Position numbers and translations under genes: made by a program. Shown here in pieces: positions 32,703-45,362 of a stretch of 64,000 nt of DNA. The stretch covers positions 461,390 to 525,389 of the forward strand of contig OW569361.1 in the NCBI GenBank assembly GCA_937625935.1, read 5' to 3'. Within the stretch, counting starts at the first letter, position 1. The number at the start of each line of letters is the position of its first letter. Below the pieces are notes generated by a model, which was not told the DNA's origin, did no database searches, and worked only from the letters and a program-made list of their open reading frames with translations. The DNA comes from Tetramitus jugosus. Taxonomy: Eukaryota; Protista; Heterolobosea.

Positions 32703-35426
32703 ATGACGTCAACAACATGTTGTGTTGATGTTGCTTCTTCTCACTCACCCTACAAAACAATGATGATCAAAAGAACGCCCAAATGGCACCTCATCAAATC
32801 CCTCGTCGTTCTCATTGTGATTGCTTTTGCTGTTCTTTCACTGTACTTGAGACAATCAACAACAACAACAATGACATCCAAATCGAAATTTTTCAAAAAA
32901 GCAATCATTAGCTCCAGAGGGTCCACTAGCTTGAACAATCATCATTCACTCTACTTGTTCATCAATAGCACAAAAAATCAACAAAGAGGATTCATGACAA
33001 CATCATCTACATTAATAACAGCAAGTGAAAATGTGCTAGGTGATGGTGGTGATGGTGATGATGAAGATGATGGAAATTCAAACATTTGCCACAAGGTGGC
33101 TCGTTTCAGAGAATCAAAGTGTGAATTTGTCAAAAAGAATTGTCCAGAGCCATTGGCTGGTGGATTGATCAATTATTTGCGAATTCGTTATTGTGGATTT
33201 GAAAAAGTTCCTTTTCTCTTCTTTGTTTGTGGTGTATGTGTTGTCAAGATCTTGTTTTTTTTGTATTCGCTTTTTGTTTTTTGTGTTTTTGTTGTTTGTT
33301 TTTATTGTAAAAAAAATTGCATTTTTGTAATTTTTTTTGAATTGGTTATGGTGTTTGATCGTGTGAAACTGACAAGAGCTTTTTGATGTGTCATTGGATG
33401 TGTATGTGTGTGCACGCGAATTCATACTGATACTATACTGTAGTTCCTCTGGATTCTACTCCTGTTTTATTTATTGTCCGACACGGCAGAAACATACTTT
33501 TGTCCGTCGTTGACTGAAATTTCTAGCTACTTGAAATTGTCGCCGAATGTAGCTGGTGTGACTTTTCTGGCACTGGGCAATGGTGCACCTGATATTGCAA
33601 GTATCGTAGCTGGTGTCCTATCAGGTAGTACTGGATTTGGTGTGGGTGAACCAATTGGTGCTGGATTGTTTGTCACGACATGTGTCATGGCAGCTGTCAC
33701 TCTATTCAGTGATGTCAAGGTGGATGGAGTACCTTTTTTGAGAGATATTGGAACCTACTTGTTCAGTGTGGTGTTTGTGTTTATTATCTGCGTATGGCAA
33801 GGTGAGATTCGATTGTGGCACGCACTTGCTTGCTTGTCCATTTACTTTGTCTATGTATCGGTGGTTGTGGTTGGTAGAGCTATTCACGTATGGATCAAAT
33901 CACGTCAATTGGCAAAGGAAAAACTGTTGATTGAAGCACAAAAGGAGAACGCTTTTCCATCTGGACCCAATGTCGGTACGGCATCCGTGATTAATAATGA
34001 TGAATCCGAGTCGACGTCACTGTTGGGCAACAGCGTGTTGCACAAGAAGATTGGAAAGGAAAGTTCTGTTTATTATGAATCGGTGGTGGATGAGAATGAT
34101 GCACAGATTGAAACCAAGTGGATCAAGGAACCTCTTTTGATTCATTATGCCGAACAAAAGGAAAAAACTGCGAACCGAGTATCGAAGAAGCAGAAGAAGA
34201 ACAAGAGCAAGAAGAATGCAAGTTCTTCCAATGCGCGAGAATCTTCCGAAAAGTTGATTGAGGAGTCTACAGTTGTTGAATCTTCATCTGACGATAGTGA
34301 TTTGGAAGAGAACGAGTCTTCTCCTCCACAAATGGCATCGCAGCATCATGATGATGAATTCCAGAAGTGGGGTAATTTGAAGGTGCAAACCATTCACAAT
34401 CGACAAAAGTTCGCTCACAGTTTGAAGCGTCATCACGGCAGTGGATTCTTCTTCCCAAAGGTTGGTCTCGTGTACAATAGTCCCGATTCGCCACAACCAT
34501 CTCCCGAAGATGAGTTAGTACGCGACAAGTCATTCATATTTGAGGATCATTTTGACATGAGCAAGAGCACAATGGATGGAGATGAAGGAAGTGACATTGA
34601 AACGGAAGACGGTTATATTCAACAGTTCTTGCATTGGATTGAATGGGATGAAAAGAGTTGGTTCGATCGACTCTTCTACCTCCTTGTCTCGCCTGCTATT
34701 CTCGCACGTAATTTGACTATTCCACAAGCTGATCCAGTCTGTTGGAGCAAAGTGTTTGCAGTGTTGTGTCCATTGTTCATGGGACCATTTGTATTATTTG
34801 CCACGGGAGGATTGAATGTGAAGCTTGGACCTGCTCAGGTATTTCCTCTGTGGGCTCTCATCCTCATCATCACTGTATTTATCAGTTTATTTATTCTGTT
34901 GACAACTGTTCGATCAAGAGCACCGCTCTATCACTTTGTATTCGTGTTTACTGCATTTGCAAGCAGTGTCATTTGGATTTATTTGGTCGCCAATGAACTG
35001 GTTGCTATTTTGCAGAGTTGTGGTATTATGTGGCAAATCAGTGATGGTATTTTAGCTCTCACTGTTTTGGCTTGGGGTAACTCATTAGGTGATATGGTTG
35101 CGAATGTTGTTGTTGCGAGACAAGGCTATCCAGAAATGGCTATTGGAGCTTGTTACGGAGGTCCATGCATGAACTTGTTGATCGGTTTGGGATTGAGCAT
35201 GACTGCTCATTGTCTCAAATTTGAGTCGTTCCCAGTAGTTTTGGAACCCAATGTGTTCATGTCATTCGTTTTCCTTCTAGCGAGCATTATCTCAGCTGTG
35301 TTAGTCGTGTCTGTGAATGGATTCCGAGCACCAAAGGTATTTGGTGTCTTTTTGCTCAGCATCTACGTTGTATTTATGGTAATGAGTATCATGATTGAAA
35401 GTGGCTTGATATTCAGACAAGTATAA
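32703..35426 (+). CDS. Cation/Ca2+ exchanger (CCX/NCLX family), 2 exons (32703-33233, 33444-35426)
   Basis: Alpha repeats AGVTFLALGNGAPD and LTVLAWGNSLGD. GTATGT...TAG intron joins in frame. Confidence 0.92.
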
Positions 35427-35490
35427 CTTCAAAAATATATCTCCTGATTGCTTTATTTCTTGTTCTAATAAATACTGCCCAGTATATTAT

Positions 35491-36594
35491 TTACAACCGA
35501 TACAGCAGCCATGATAAGTCCAAGTACTTGCAATTTTTGCAAGTCCACACTCCTTTGGCCACAATAGTGTAGAACAAGGCGAAGAAGAGAGCAAAGTAAG
35601 CCAGGAGTGCAAGGAATGAGATGATACGAGATAAGATTACGATCTTCCGGAGAGCACTTTCCCAATTCACCTTTCTCAACGTCTTACTCTCCCCATTTAC
35701 TTGCATCAGGTCTGTCAACGATCCTTGAGGTGGTACATTGTTCTGGAAATCACTCAGGGATAGATTCGTAGGCAAGAGTTGTTCCGTATCTCCAATGTCA
35801 TTGATCTCCTTTGCTGCTTGCGACTTTGCAACGGAATCACGAGGTAGAATAACCAATGCAAGGAGGAAGCCAACAACTAATCCACCTATATGTCCCCAAT
35901 TGTCAATCAAAGGGACAATACCCACAGCTAGGAAGAGTACTAGTTGGATGATGAGAGTCACTGTCGAGAATATTGGATTGGGAATTGTGATTCGATTGTT
36001 CCAGTTGTACATTAAATCAGCAAACATTGCAGAGAAGAGACCACTCAAGCAACTGGACGCTCCCACACTAATCAATCCAGAGTTCATTACACAACTTAGT
36101 AAGTTTCCTCCGACTCCGCTCACTAGATAGATGAGAAACACTCTCCACATTCCCCAATACACTTCACATCGACTTCCTAGAAACAATTGCCACATGACAT
36201 TGACTCCGAGATGTATGAGCCCACTGTGTAGAATGCAAGGGGAAAGGAATCTGTAGACCTGTGTTTCATCATAAATCTTCTGGGTATCCTTGGCGCCCCA
36301 GTCGCGCAGTACCTTAATCGATGGGCCAATCGAAGGATTCACTGCAAGGTTCTCCACTCCATTTATACTCATCATTATTATTAATATTACTACTTGAGAG
36401 AAAGTCATGCAGTAGATGAAGATAGGAAAAGGTATCTTTCTCTTGCTGGATTGAACTGGACCAAAAGCGAGAAATGAAATAATGGTTGTCCAGCAGGAAG
36501 AAGAAGGAGCTTTTTCATTGATGCCCGAAGGTGAACGAGGAGGTGGAGGAGGAGAACGAGGATAACCAATGGAATTTCGAATCTTATACTTCAT
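35491..36594 (-). CDS. Rhomboid intramembrane serine protease
   Basis: YRFLSPCILHSGLIH, SVGASS and DNWGHIGG. Confidence 0.93.
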   Translation of the reverse strand: MKYKIRNSIGYPRSPPPPPRSPSGINEKAPSSSCWTTIISFLAFGPVQSSKRKIPFPIFIYCMTFSQVVILIIMMSINGVENLAVNPSIGPSIKVLRDWGAKDTQKIYDETQVYRFLSPCILHSGLIHLGVNVMWQLFLGSRCEVYWGMWRVFLIYLVSGVGGNLLSCVMNSGLISVGASSCLSGLFSAMFADLMYNWNNRITIPNPIFSTVTLIIQLVLFLAVGIVPLIDNWGHIGGLVVGFLLALVILPRDSVAKSQAAKEINDIGDTEQLLPTNLSLSDFQNNVPPQGSLTDLMQVNGESKTLRKVNWESALRKIVILSRIISFLALLAYFALFFALFYTIVAKGVWTCKNCKYLDLSWLLYRL

Positions 36595-36719
36595 TGTTCA
36601 ATTGTTTTAGTTGATACCTTTACAGTACCAAGAGCTAATTTCCAGTTTGAATGGATTGTTATTCAAGATATTTAAAAAGGAAATTTCTATAACGTGCGTA
36701 ATGTGACAGCTGCCAAAAT

Positions 36720-38832
36720 TTATTTGATATTGAGGAGAATGGTTGTAAATTGGTCATCAATGACGCACAAGACTCTTTCAGCTTGTGACTCATCATCAAC
36801 CAACCATGATATTTGTAAAACTGTATCATTTGATTCTTTCAGTGATATTTCAATACTGTTCGAAATGATCTTGAGCTGTTGTTGATTAAACGTTATGGTT
36901 TCTGATGACTGGAAGGTATTATTCAGGCTATCATACAATGACTTCAGAATACTCAAATTGGACGGCCTATCAATTCGTTGAGGTATATGCCTAGAGGTGC
37001 TCATTCGTAACTTATGCTGTCTAAGTCCGAGTTGTGATGCTGCTTCGTCTGCCTCGACAAGATATGGAGTTAATTCGTTGTCTCTCGAAATGAGAATGCC
37101 CTCTAATTTGGTTCGTTTGAATGGATTTGTGCTGTGATGGACAGTTCCTCTGAGTGGAGCCGGGAGTGGAGCATCAGTATCATCTTGCATCTCCTCATCT
37201 TCATCATCACTAATGTTGTTTGTTGAATCTGCGTCATTATCAGTGGAAGTTGTCAGGGATCTCTTGAGAAGATTCAATGATACATTCACTGCGATATCGC
37301 TGTGAGAAAGGGTATTTGCATTCCCTGTTGGAATCGTCACTGTACATCCATTAGCAGGATCAAAACATTTGATCTTAAAATCCTTTTCAATCTTGTCCTT
37401 AAAGAAACGCATCTTGTCCTTCTCTCCATGCACAAGCATGACATTTCTTGGTTGTGCCTGTCGAATCAACTGCAAAATACCCTTTGCATCTGCATGAGCA
37501 CTAAAAGAGATCAACCTCACTCCGCACTTCATATGAATCGTTGTTTTCTTATCGATTTCAATCTTTCCGGTTTTTGAGTGAAGAACCTTGTTACCCACTG
37601 TTCCTTCCACACAATAACCCGGTATAATAACCATGTTCTGTTCGCTTGGAGCCCACCGTTTAAACACCTCCAACGACATGCCGGCATGCAACATTCCAGG
37701 AGTTGCAAACAGCACCATAGGACCAGGTTTATCAATGTAAGACCGATCAAACGCCTCAATATACTTGAATTGGAACATGTTTCGATTCACAAACACACTC
37801 TTCAATTTTTCATTTGTCCAATTAATAAACAACTGATAATAGAAATTGGCTCTTTCGACGAGACCAGCAGAAAAGTAGATGGGTACGCGACCACCGAGAT
37901 TCATACGATCCCAGTACGTCTCCAACAAGATGCACAACTCTTGAGCTCTACCGAGAGCAAACACTGGAATGAGCACTTTTCCACCCTTTTCAACACACTG
38001 ATGCACCTGTTTCAAAAAATCTCGCTCTCTGGCTGTTTTGGAGTCACGAATCGTTGTGGCATACGTTGTCTCAGTAATCAACAAATCAGGTCTCAAACGT
38101 TCAATCGAAGCTCCTCCTAAATGACGATCAGGTGTCATATTGTAATCTCCAGTGTACACAACACTCCTTCCAGTTTCCAAGTCTTTGACATAGAACATGG
38201 CAGCACCCAGGACGTGACCAGCATAGTAAGCACGAATCTCTAGCTCATCATCCAAAATGATTGTCTGATGCAAGTTTACTGCAGTAACTTTCTTCATACA
38301 GTTTTTGACATCGTCAGCTGAGAAAAAGTTGCTTTCACCTCTGCGCTCCACTGTAATGCGCCTAAAATCTTCCAACAAGATGGGCGAAATAGCTTTTGTT
38401 GGGTAAGTCATGTAAATTGGTCCATCATAACCACAAACTTCTGTAAAATAGGGAAGCGCGCCACAATGATCCAAATGACTGAGAGCAAGAAGTTAAAAGT
38501 TTACAAAAATACAATCAATCAGGCGCCACAATTGTTTGGGCGGGAAAGATCAATTTACAATCAAAAGCTTTTTGTCAGCGAAAAAAATGATTCAAACAAT
38601 GCGCAACAAACAACGATATGACGACATACAAGTGACTAATGATCACGCAGTGAATATTCTGAGTGTACTGTCCTGTTCGCGAAATAAAATTGAAATCTGG
38701 AAATCTTCGTTCATCGTTATAACCCATGTGCATTCCACAATCAAACATGATGTTTTTTCTTCCTAGAGTCACAATGACACAACTTCTGCCCACATCTTGT
38801 CCAGCACCTAACGGCACTGCTTTGATTGACAT
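36720..38832 (-). CDS. INTS11: Integrator subunit 11 / CPSF3L beta-CASP nuclease, 2 exons (38832-38630, 38478-36720)
   Basis: [12 protein letters not shown]. Splicing restores HFHLDH; also [14 protein letters not shown] and FSAHADAKG. Confidence 0.93.
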
Positions 38833-39098
38833 GTTCTGCGCTTTTGTTTCTTTCTGATTGCACTTGTTATGGATTTTTCTTGGTCCCGACACAAGATCTT
38901 TGAGAAATTTGATTCTCACGCCTCCAGTTGTTGCGCAAACTTGGATCTTCACAATTTTTCACCTTTCATGTCACACACAATGAGAACAAGCAGAGCAAGT
39001 TGGTGAGCAGAAGAGAGAAGGTCAATAGAAACACCCGAACGTTATTCCAGAAATTTGCTGAAAAAAACTCAAAAAGCTCACTCTCTCAACCCACACAC

Positions 39099-40415
39099 AT
39101 GTCCTCAGCATACGAACGAGAACGATTGGCCAAAATCGAGAGAAACAAATCCAGATTGGCTGCTCTGGGTCTTCACAATGTGAAAATTGGTGAAAATGAT
39201 TCACAACAAACACCGACCACCAGCAGTGCCAAAAAAGAAAAGAAGCAACAACAGACACCGTCTTCCACGGAGAGAAGAGTCAGCTCTAGACTCAAGCTCA
39301 AACAACCAGCCACATACAATTACAATGAACTCGTCAAGAAGCAAACAAAAATGGAAGAAGAATTTGGTGGTGGTAACAGCACGTCTGCACAAAAGAAGAG
39401 AAAGAAGAAAGTGAAGGAGTCTCCTCGTCCTGTGATGTTGCGGCGAAGGGGTTACTCTGAACGGTTAGCAAACTCACCTTCTGTCTTGACGATTGATGAT
39501 GATGAAGAAGACGACGAAGAGAGGACTTCTACACCTGGACGAAGAACGAGCGAACGATTGAAGAAGAAGAGAAGAACGTTTGCACAGTTTGATCTGTCTG
39601 TAGATGAAAGATTGCTCGATCGGTTAACAAAATCAGATAATCAGAGTCCAGTGATCATGTTTACTCAAGAAGTGTTGACATCGGAAAAGTGTGATCTGTA
39701 TGTGAATGTGATTGAAGCATTGGGTGGAACAGTAGAGTATGAAGATATTACAAAGTGCACACACTTGATCAGTACTCAATTCAGGAGAAGTATAAGACAC
39801 TTGTGTGCCATTGGTCTGGCATTGCGTGTCATGAATGTCAAGTGGTTCTCTGCATCAAACTCGTTTGGTGCCTGGGTAGAAGAATCTCAATTCTTGTTAA
39901 AGGCACCAACGGCAGTTGAGATTGCTCTTGCGAATGCACAATCTAAAAAGATTTTTGAAGGTCACTCCTTTTATGTCACACCTTCTGTCGTTCCTCCCAA
40001 GCAGTACATGGAACAGGTGATTGGTTGCAGTGGAGGTGTCATTCTGACAGATATCACCCATATATTGAATGTTGAGGCATCAGATGTTGATTCTTTGTCG
40101 TCCATCAAACACATTCATATCATCTCTTGTGCACAAGATTTGCCCAATCTGGATATTACTGATCAAATTATGCTGAGGATAAGTGGTGTTCATGAGGCTG
40201 AGTTCGTTTTGTCATCTGTTTATACTCAGACGATCGATCCTGATAATTTAAGCTTGATGGATTTGTCGTCTGCTGGTACTGGACAAGCCTCAGAAAGTGA
40301 GAACAACACCAACGTAGATGACGATACGTCTCAGGTATTAATCATCGATGGAGAACAGGATGGAGAAGTCGCTATGCACGATGAGCATGAGCAGTCATCT
40401 GCTGAAATTGCATAG
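39099..40415 (+). CDS. Tandem BRCT protein (MDC1/PAXIP1/Rtt107-like C-terminus)
   Basis: LGG...CTHLI...RSIRHLCAI...W; FEGHSFYVTPSV.P...I.CSGG. N-terminal AYERERLAKIERN motif. Confidence 0.8.
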   Translation: MSSAYERERLAKIERNKSRLAALGLHNVKIGENDSQQTPTTSSAKKEKKQQQTPSSTERRVSSRLKLKQPATYNYNELVKKQTKMEEEFGGGNSTSAQKKRKKKVKESPRPVMLRRRGYSERLANSPSVLTIDDDEEDDEERTSTPGRRTSERLKKKRRTFAQFDLSVDERLLDRLTKSDNQSPVIMFTQEVLTSEKCDLYVNVIEALGGTVEYEDITKCTHLISTQFRRSIRHLCAIGLALRVMNVKWFSASNSFGAWVEESQFLLKAPTAVEIALANAQSKKIFEGHSFYVTPSVVPPKQYMEQVIGCSGGVILTDITHILNVEASDVDSLSSIKHIHIISCAQDLPNLDITDQIMLRISGVHEAEFVLSSVYTQTIDPDNLSLMDLSSAGTGQASESENNTNVDDDTSQVLIIDGEQDGEVAMHDEHEQSSAEIA

Positions 40416-40744
40416 TGGATGATATCTCAACGTGTTAGATTCGATTTCATTCACGTGATATCGGAAGCTAAAGTTTATGGTATAGTCCAATAAACTTTGG
40501 CGATCAAAAATACATGAATGGAACGCTCCGTGATTTATTTTTACAAGCAAAAAATACTTTGATTGCAGGAGAAAATACACTGACAATCTGGTTCACAATC
40601 AGCTAGGAATACACGTTTTGTGAAGCTTTGTAAAATCACCATCATCAGCGATCTTTGAAATCTCCTCTGTGAGTGCCCACTAATCCCCTAACAAATCGTT
40701 TAGTGCAAATAGATATCAAATAGCTGTGTGCAAAGGAGTCAGCC

Positions 40745-43700
40745 ATGATGAACCCATATGAGCCTCCTTTGGGTTTCAACGGAAGTTCAAGCAACTACAA
40801 CCAAGATTCAAGCTCCTCATCTTCCTCCTCATCGATTACTTCGATTGAGGGTACGGCAAGCACAAGAACACCCTCTCGTGTCTTGGACGAAAACAACCAA
40901 CGTTCTCCACGACCGTCCTACCACAATGATCACCACCAGAATTCCAACGGAAATCTTGTCAATGATAGTGATAATTCAGTCTATAATAAGATGTTTTATC
41001 GCGGCAGTTATGCCAATGTGGAGGACCCCACTCAATATCATCTCTTTGCCACAACTCATGACATTGTACATAGTAATAATAATCACGGTTGTGATTATTC
41101 ACAAGAGGAACCAGTTCACTACCACCACCACACTGAGTTCAATCATCAGAATCGTCAATTTATTGGAGGTAGTGATGACAGTGAAATGATATCGTTGGAC
41201 CTTGATCGTCCACCTTCATCTTCCCAGTTCGGTTATTCGGACAATAATCATCCCATTCAACCATTGTATCATCAGACATCTGATGGTGAATTTGTTCACC
41301 ACAGTGCGACAGTCATGAATCACAATCATAACAGTCATGCGAATCATGCGAATCATGAGGATCGTGAGGAACATGATTTAGATGAAATGTCCATTACTGG
41401 TGTTGAGCCAGACAATGAAGCAACTGCAGGACATGAAGAAGGAGAAGTCACGTACAACACGGCACGTGACGCACCCAGACTCATCACGATTAATGACCAT
41501 GACAAGAACACTTCGCTTCGTATTCCTTCCATTATCAAGATTAAACCGTTGCCAATGCCATCCAATTGGTCATCCAAGTGGCACATGAAACAGCGTAGTG
41601 TACCAGTCAAGTTTTTCAAGCGCAAAATGTTTCCGGACAATCGAATTTCAACCACTCAATATTGGTGGTGGCACTTTGTTCCGGTCAACTTTGTTCCACT
41701 CAATTTGTTTTATCAGTTCAGATTAGTGTACAATTGGTATTTTATTCTGGTGATGGTTTTCTCGTTGATACCAGGAGTGAGTCCCGTTTTCCCCATCACT
41801 GCCATTCTACCCGTCATATTCATCTTTGGTATCAATATGATCAAGGATTTCACGGAGGATCTGAGACGTTATTTGAAGGATCGACAGACGAACAGGAAGA
41901 AGGTGCATGTGTTGCGCGGAACAGCATTGATGGAGATGAGCACAGGAGATATTCAAGTGGGAGATATTGTATCATTGAGTTCTGGTGCGACTATACCGGC
42001 CGATATGGTCATTCTCTCCACGTCGAATCAAGACAACAAGTGTTATGTAGAAACAGCACAGTTGGATGGCGAGACAAACATGAAACCAAAGTTTGGCAAA
42101 CACAAAACACAGCATCTCAATACACTTGACAAGCTTGTGAATATTCAAGGCGAACTCAAGTGCAATCCACCTGTGATCGAGATTCACAAGTTTGATGCCG
42201 TAATGAAGTTACATGACGGAGAAGGACAGATTGAAGAAACACTACACGATCAAAACATTATCTTGAAGGGTTGTACGCTCAAGAACACTGCACAACTCTA
42301 TGGAATTGTAGTGTACACGGGAGAGGACACGAAAATCATGTTGAACACGGCTCATCGAACATGGAAAATGTCGTTTATCGATATCAAGGTGAACATTATT
42401 CTGTTGGCTCTCATTCTGATTCATCAAGTGTTTTGTGTCCTGTTTGTCGTGCTGTCCTGTATCAAACAACACACAACAGTTCTCGACAGTTTTTATATCG
42501 TTCCGTCATCAAGTCATCCTGGTGATGAGAATCTGAATTTTAAGTTTGGAGTCTACAGGTACTTTACATTTTTCATTTTGCTGAATCTGATGATTCCAAT
42601 GTCACTCTTTGTATCACTTCAGTTCATCAAGGTGATTCAAGCGTATTTCATGGAGAGAGACATTAGAATGTATTATGAAGAGGATGATATTCCAATGGAG
42701 GCAACAGCTTCGGATTTGAATGCTGATTTGGCTCGAATTGATATCATTTTCTCAGACAAAACAGGCACACTAACCAACAATACAATGGTGTTTAAGAAGA
42801 TGGGTATTGGAGATCGAATTGTTCACAGTGAAGCAGATGTACCTGGTGCCATTGGAAAACACTTGATTGTTCCCATGCCTGGATATTCAAAGTATGGAAT
42901 GAGCGAACATCTCACAGTTCCGACGCCTCATATTGCCAAGGCTCTTTCTGCCCTCGAAAACTTGTCAGATGAAGAAGAGCTGCGCCAGAGGTATTTTATG
43001 ATGAATTACATGTTGAATATGGTGATTTGTAATGAATTGATTGTTGAGGACGGAGAGTTTAGTGGTGAGAGTCCAGATGAGATCTGCTTGGCGGAAGCAG
43101 CGCTTCAGAATGGGTTTCGATTGATTAACCAGTCTGACAAGGAAACAGAAGTGGAGATATTCGGAAGGGCTCATCTCTTTCCCAAGATTCACACCATCAA
43201 ATTCACATCAGATCGAAAGAAAATGAGTGTCATTTCTCAGTTTCCTCAGAGTTTTCTGGAACAGTTTCCATGGTTTAAGCCTGCAGGATACGATTACCTC
43301 ACATCGCCATCTAGTGTGGCACCAGTCGTGTGCTATACAAAGGGAGCAGACAGTTCTCTGTATCCATTGATAAGGAAAGGATCAACACCACAAGAATCAG
43401 AGATGCTGAATCAGTTGGTAGCCAAGAGCGAAGAATACATTGACCATTTTGGTGTCGAAGGACTTCGAACACTGCTGTTATGTCATAGATTCGTAGATGC
43501 ACGTGATGCTGATGTGTGGAGAAAACGATACATTAAGGCATCAGCAGTCGCCAGGAATCCAAAGGTCAGAGAAGCTCGCATGTCAGCAGTGGAGAAGGAA
43601 ATGGAGAGTGATTTTGACTTGGATGGCGCGACAGCCATCGAAGACAAGTTGCAGGAATATGTGCCAGAGACGATTCGTTTCATTTTGGCTGCAGGAATCC

Positions 43701-45265
43701 AATTCTGGGTGCTCACTGGAGATAAACGAGAAACAGCAAGGAATGTCGCTCAGTTGGCTGGTTTAGTGCACGTGTCTCAGAGTAAAACAGACACCACTCT
43801 GGCTACAGGCGTGTTCGATATCGATCTATCAGCATCACCTGCTCCTACTGAAGAGATATTGCGTCAAAAGATACAAGAGGCCCATCAAGTTGTTCAGAAT
43901 CACAAGGATCAAGTTGGCGACGATATCTGTCTTGTGATTAATGGAGTGGTAGTAGGAGCTTTGGAAACATTTCCCTCTGAACTCAATTCATTCCTAGCCC
44001 TGATAAACATGTGTAAGACAGTGATCGTTTGTCGAGCTATTCCAGCACACAAGGCATCTGTCGTGCGTTTGGTCCAGAAGAATCAGAAGAAGAACGGTCT
44101 GGCAATTGGAGATGGTGCCAACGATGTCAGTATGATTCAATCAGCAACAGTTGGTATTGGCATATCAGGTAAAGAGGGAAGTCAAGCCAGGAACGCTGCA
44201 GATTATGCCTTGCCCAGATTCTTCCACCTGAAACGACTCTTGGCAGTTCACGGTCACTATTCCCTGACGAGATTGGCGCTGTTTGTCCAATATTCCTTCT
44301 ACAAGAATATTGTTCTCACGTTTGCTCAGATATTTTACACATTCTACTGTATCTATTCAGGTCAAACGATTATTGATTCCTGGGTGCTCACATTCTATAA
44401 CATGATATTTACTCTCGCACCTCCGTTTGTCATTGGATTGTTCGACAAGGATGTTGATGAAACCATACTGGAAGACAATCCACAGCTATACAAGAGTCTG
44501 AAAAGAACAAAGACTGGTTTTGATCAAACATTGTCATTTCCCACGTTTACACTCTGGGTGATTCAGGCCATCTACCATGCTGCCATCATTTTCTTTATTG
44601 TTATTTATGCGGCAGAACCTACTTCGACAGAGAGTATGCAGACTGATGGTATCTGGGTCGTTTCGACAATTATATCAGTCACTATTTTCATTGTCGTGAA
44701 TATCAAGGTTTGCATGGAGATGAGATATATTACGATTTTGAACCATTTGAGTGTGTGGCTCAGTGTGATACTATTCTTTAGTTTCATGCTCGGGTACTCT
44801 GGTATTGTCAAAGGAGGTGGAAACATGTTCTTCATCATGTTCTGGCTGATGAGTCACGGCAAATTCTACTTGATTATCCTAGTCTGTGTTGCAGCATGTC
44901 TTGTTCCCGACCTGGCCATCAAAGCAGGCAAGAAGGCCTTCTTCCCTGCAGAATGGGAGGTGCTAAAGGAGAAGCATCACGAGAAGCTGAGAAGACTGTT
45001 AACATTCGGAAAGAAGAGACATGAAGAGAGAGAACAAGAAGCTTTGGAGGGACCTATTCTAGAAGAGTTGCAACACAACATTGAATTGTCTGAGATACAC
45101 GATGCTCATGAAGAAGAAAAGCTGAACAGAAAGAAGAGACAAAAGAGACGGCCTTCCATGAAACAACAACACAGTGAAGATGTAACACCAGCCACTGTTG
45201 TATCCCTTCAACCAAGACAAATTCCTCCACCTCCAGCAGATTTACCTTCAGACATTGAACTCTGA
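40745..45265 (+). CDS. P4-type ATPase (phospholipid flippase)
   Basis: LDGETN, IPMSLFV, FSDKTGTLT, AIEDKLQ, LTGDK and GDGANDVSMI. Confidence 0.97.
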   Translation: MMNPYEPPLGFNGSSSNYNQDSSSSSSSSSITSIEGTASTRTPSRVLDENNQRSPRPSYHNDHHQNSNGNLVNDSDNSVYNKMFYRGSYANVEDPTQYHLFATTHDIVHSNNNHGCDYSQEEPVHYHHHTEFNHQNRQFIGGSDDSEMISLDLDRPPSSSQFGYSDNNHPIQPLYHQTSDGEFVHHSATVMNHNHNSHANHANHEDREEHDLDEMSITGVEPDNEATAGHEEGEVTYNTARDAPRLITINDHDKNTSLRIPSIIKIKPLPMPSNWSSKWHMKQRSVPVKFFKRKMFPDNRISTTQYWWWHFVPVNFVPLNLFYQFRLVYNWYFILVMVFSLIPGVSPVFPITAILPVIFIFGINMIKDFTEDLRRYLKDRQTNRKKVHVLRGTALMEMSTGDIQVGDIVSLSSGATIPADMVILSTSNQDNKCYVETAQLDGETNMKPKFGKHKTQHLNTLDKLVNIQGELKCNPPVIEIHKFDAVMKLHDGEGQIEETLHDQNIILKGCTLKNTAQLYGIVVYTGEDTKIMLNTAHRTWKMSFIDIKVNIILLALILIHQVFCVLFVVLSCIKQHTTVLDSFYIVPSSSHPGDENLNFKFGVYRYFTFFILLNLMIPMSLFVSLQFIKVIQAYFMERDIRMYYEEDDIPMEATASDLNADLARIDIIFSDKTGTLTNNTMVFKKMGIGDRIVHSEADVPGAIGKHLIVPMPGYSKYGMSEHLTVPTPHIAKALSALENLSDEEELRQRYFMMNYMLNMVICNELIVEDGEFSGESPDEICLAEAALQNGFRLINQSDKETEVEIFGRAHLFPKIHTIKFTSDRKKMSVISQFPQSFLEQFPWFKPAGYDYLTSPSSVAPVVCYTKGADSSLYPLIRKGSTPQESEMLNQLVAKSEEYIDHFGVEGLRTLLLCHRFVDARDADVWRKRYIKASAVARNPKVREARMSAVEKEMESDFDLDGATAIEDKLQEYVPETIRFILAAGIQFWVLTGDKRETARNVAQLAGLVHVSQSKTDTTLATGVFDIDLSASPAPTEEILRQKIQEAHQVVQNHKDQVGDDICLVINGVVVGALETFPSELNSFLALINMCKTVIVCRAIPAHKASVVRLVQKNQKKNGLAIGDGANDVSMIQSATVGIGISGKEGSQARNAADYALPRFFHLKRLLAVHGHYSLTRLALFVQYSFYKNIVLTFAQIFYTFYCIYSGQTIIDSWVLTFYNMIFTLAPPFVIGLFDKDVDETILEDNPQLYKSLKRTKTGFDQTLSFPTFTLWVIQAIYHAAIIFFIVIYAAEPTSTESMQTDGIWVVSTIISVTIFIVVNIKVCMEMRYITILNHLSVWLSVILFFSFMLGYSGIVKGGGNMFFIMFWLMSHGKFYLIILVCVAACLVPDLAIKAGKKAFFPAEWEVLKEKHHEKLRRLLTFGKKRHEEREQEALEGPILEELQHNIELSEIHDAHEEEKLNRKKRQKRRPSMKQQHSEDVTPATVVSLQPRQIPPPPADLPSDIEL

Positions 45266-45362
45266 ACAACTTGGCTCATCTTAGCACTCAACAATAAAAT
45301 TCAAGCTTCCCCAGTGGGTATGACCAAAAAAACAACATGATCACATCAAAAACAACAACAAC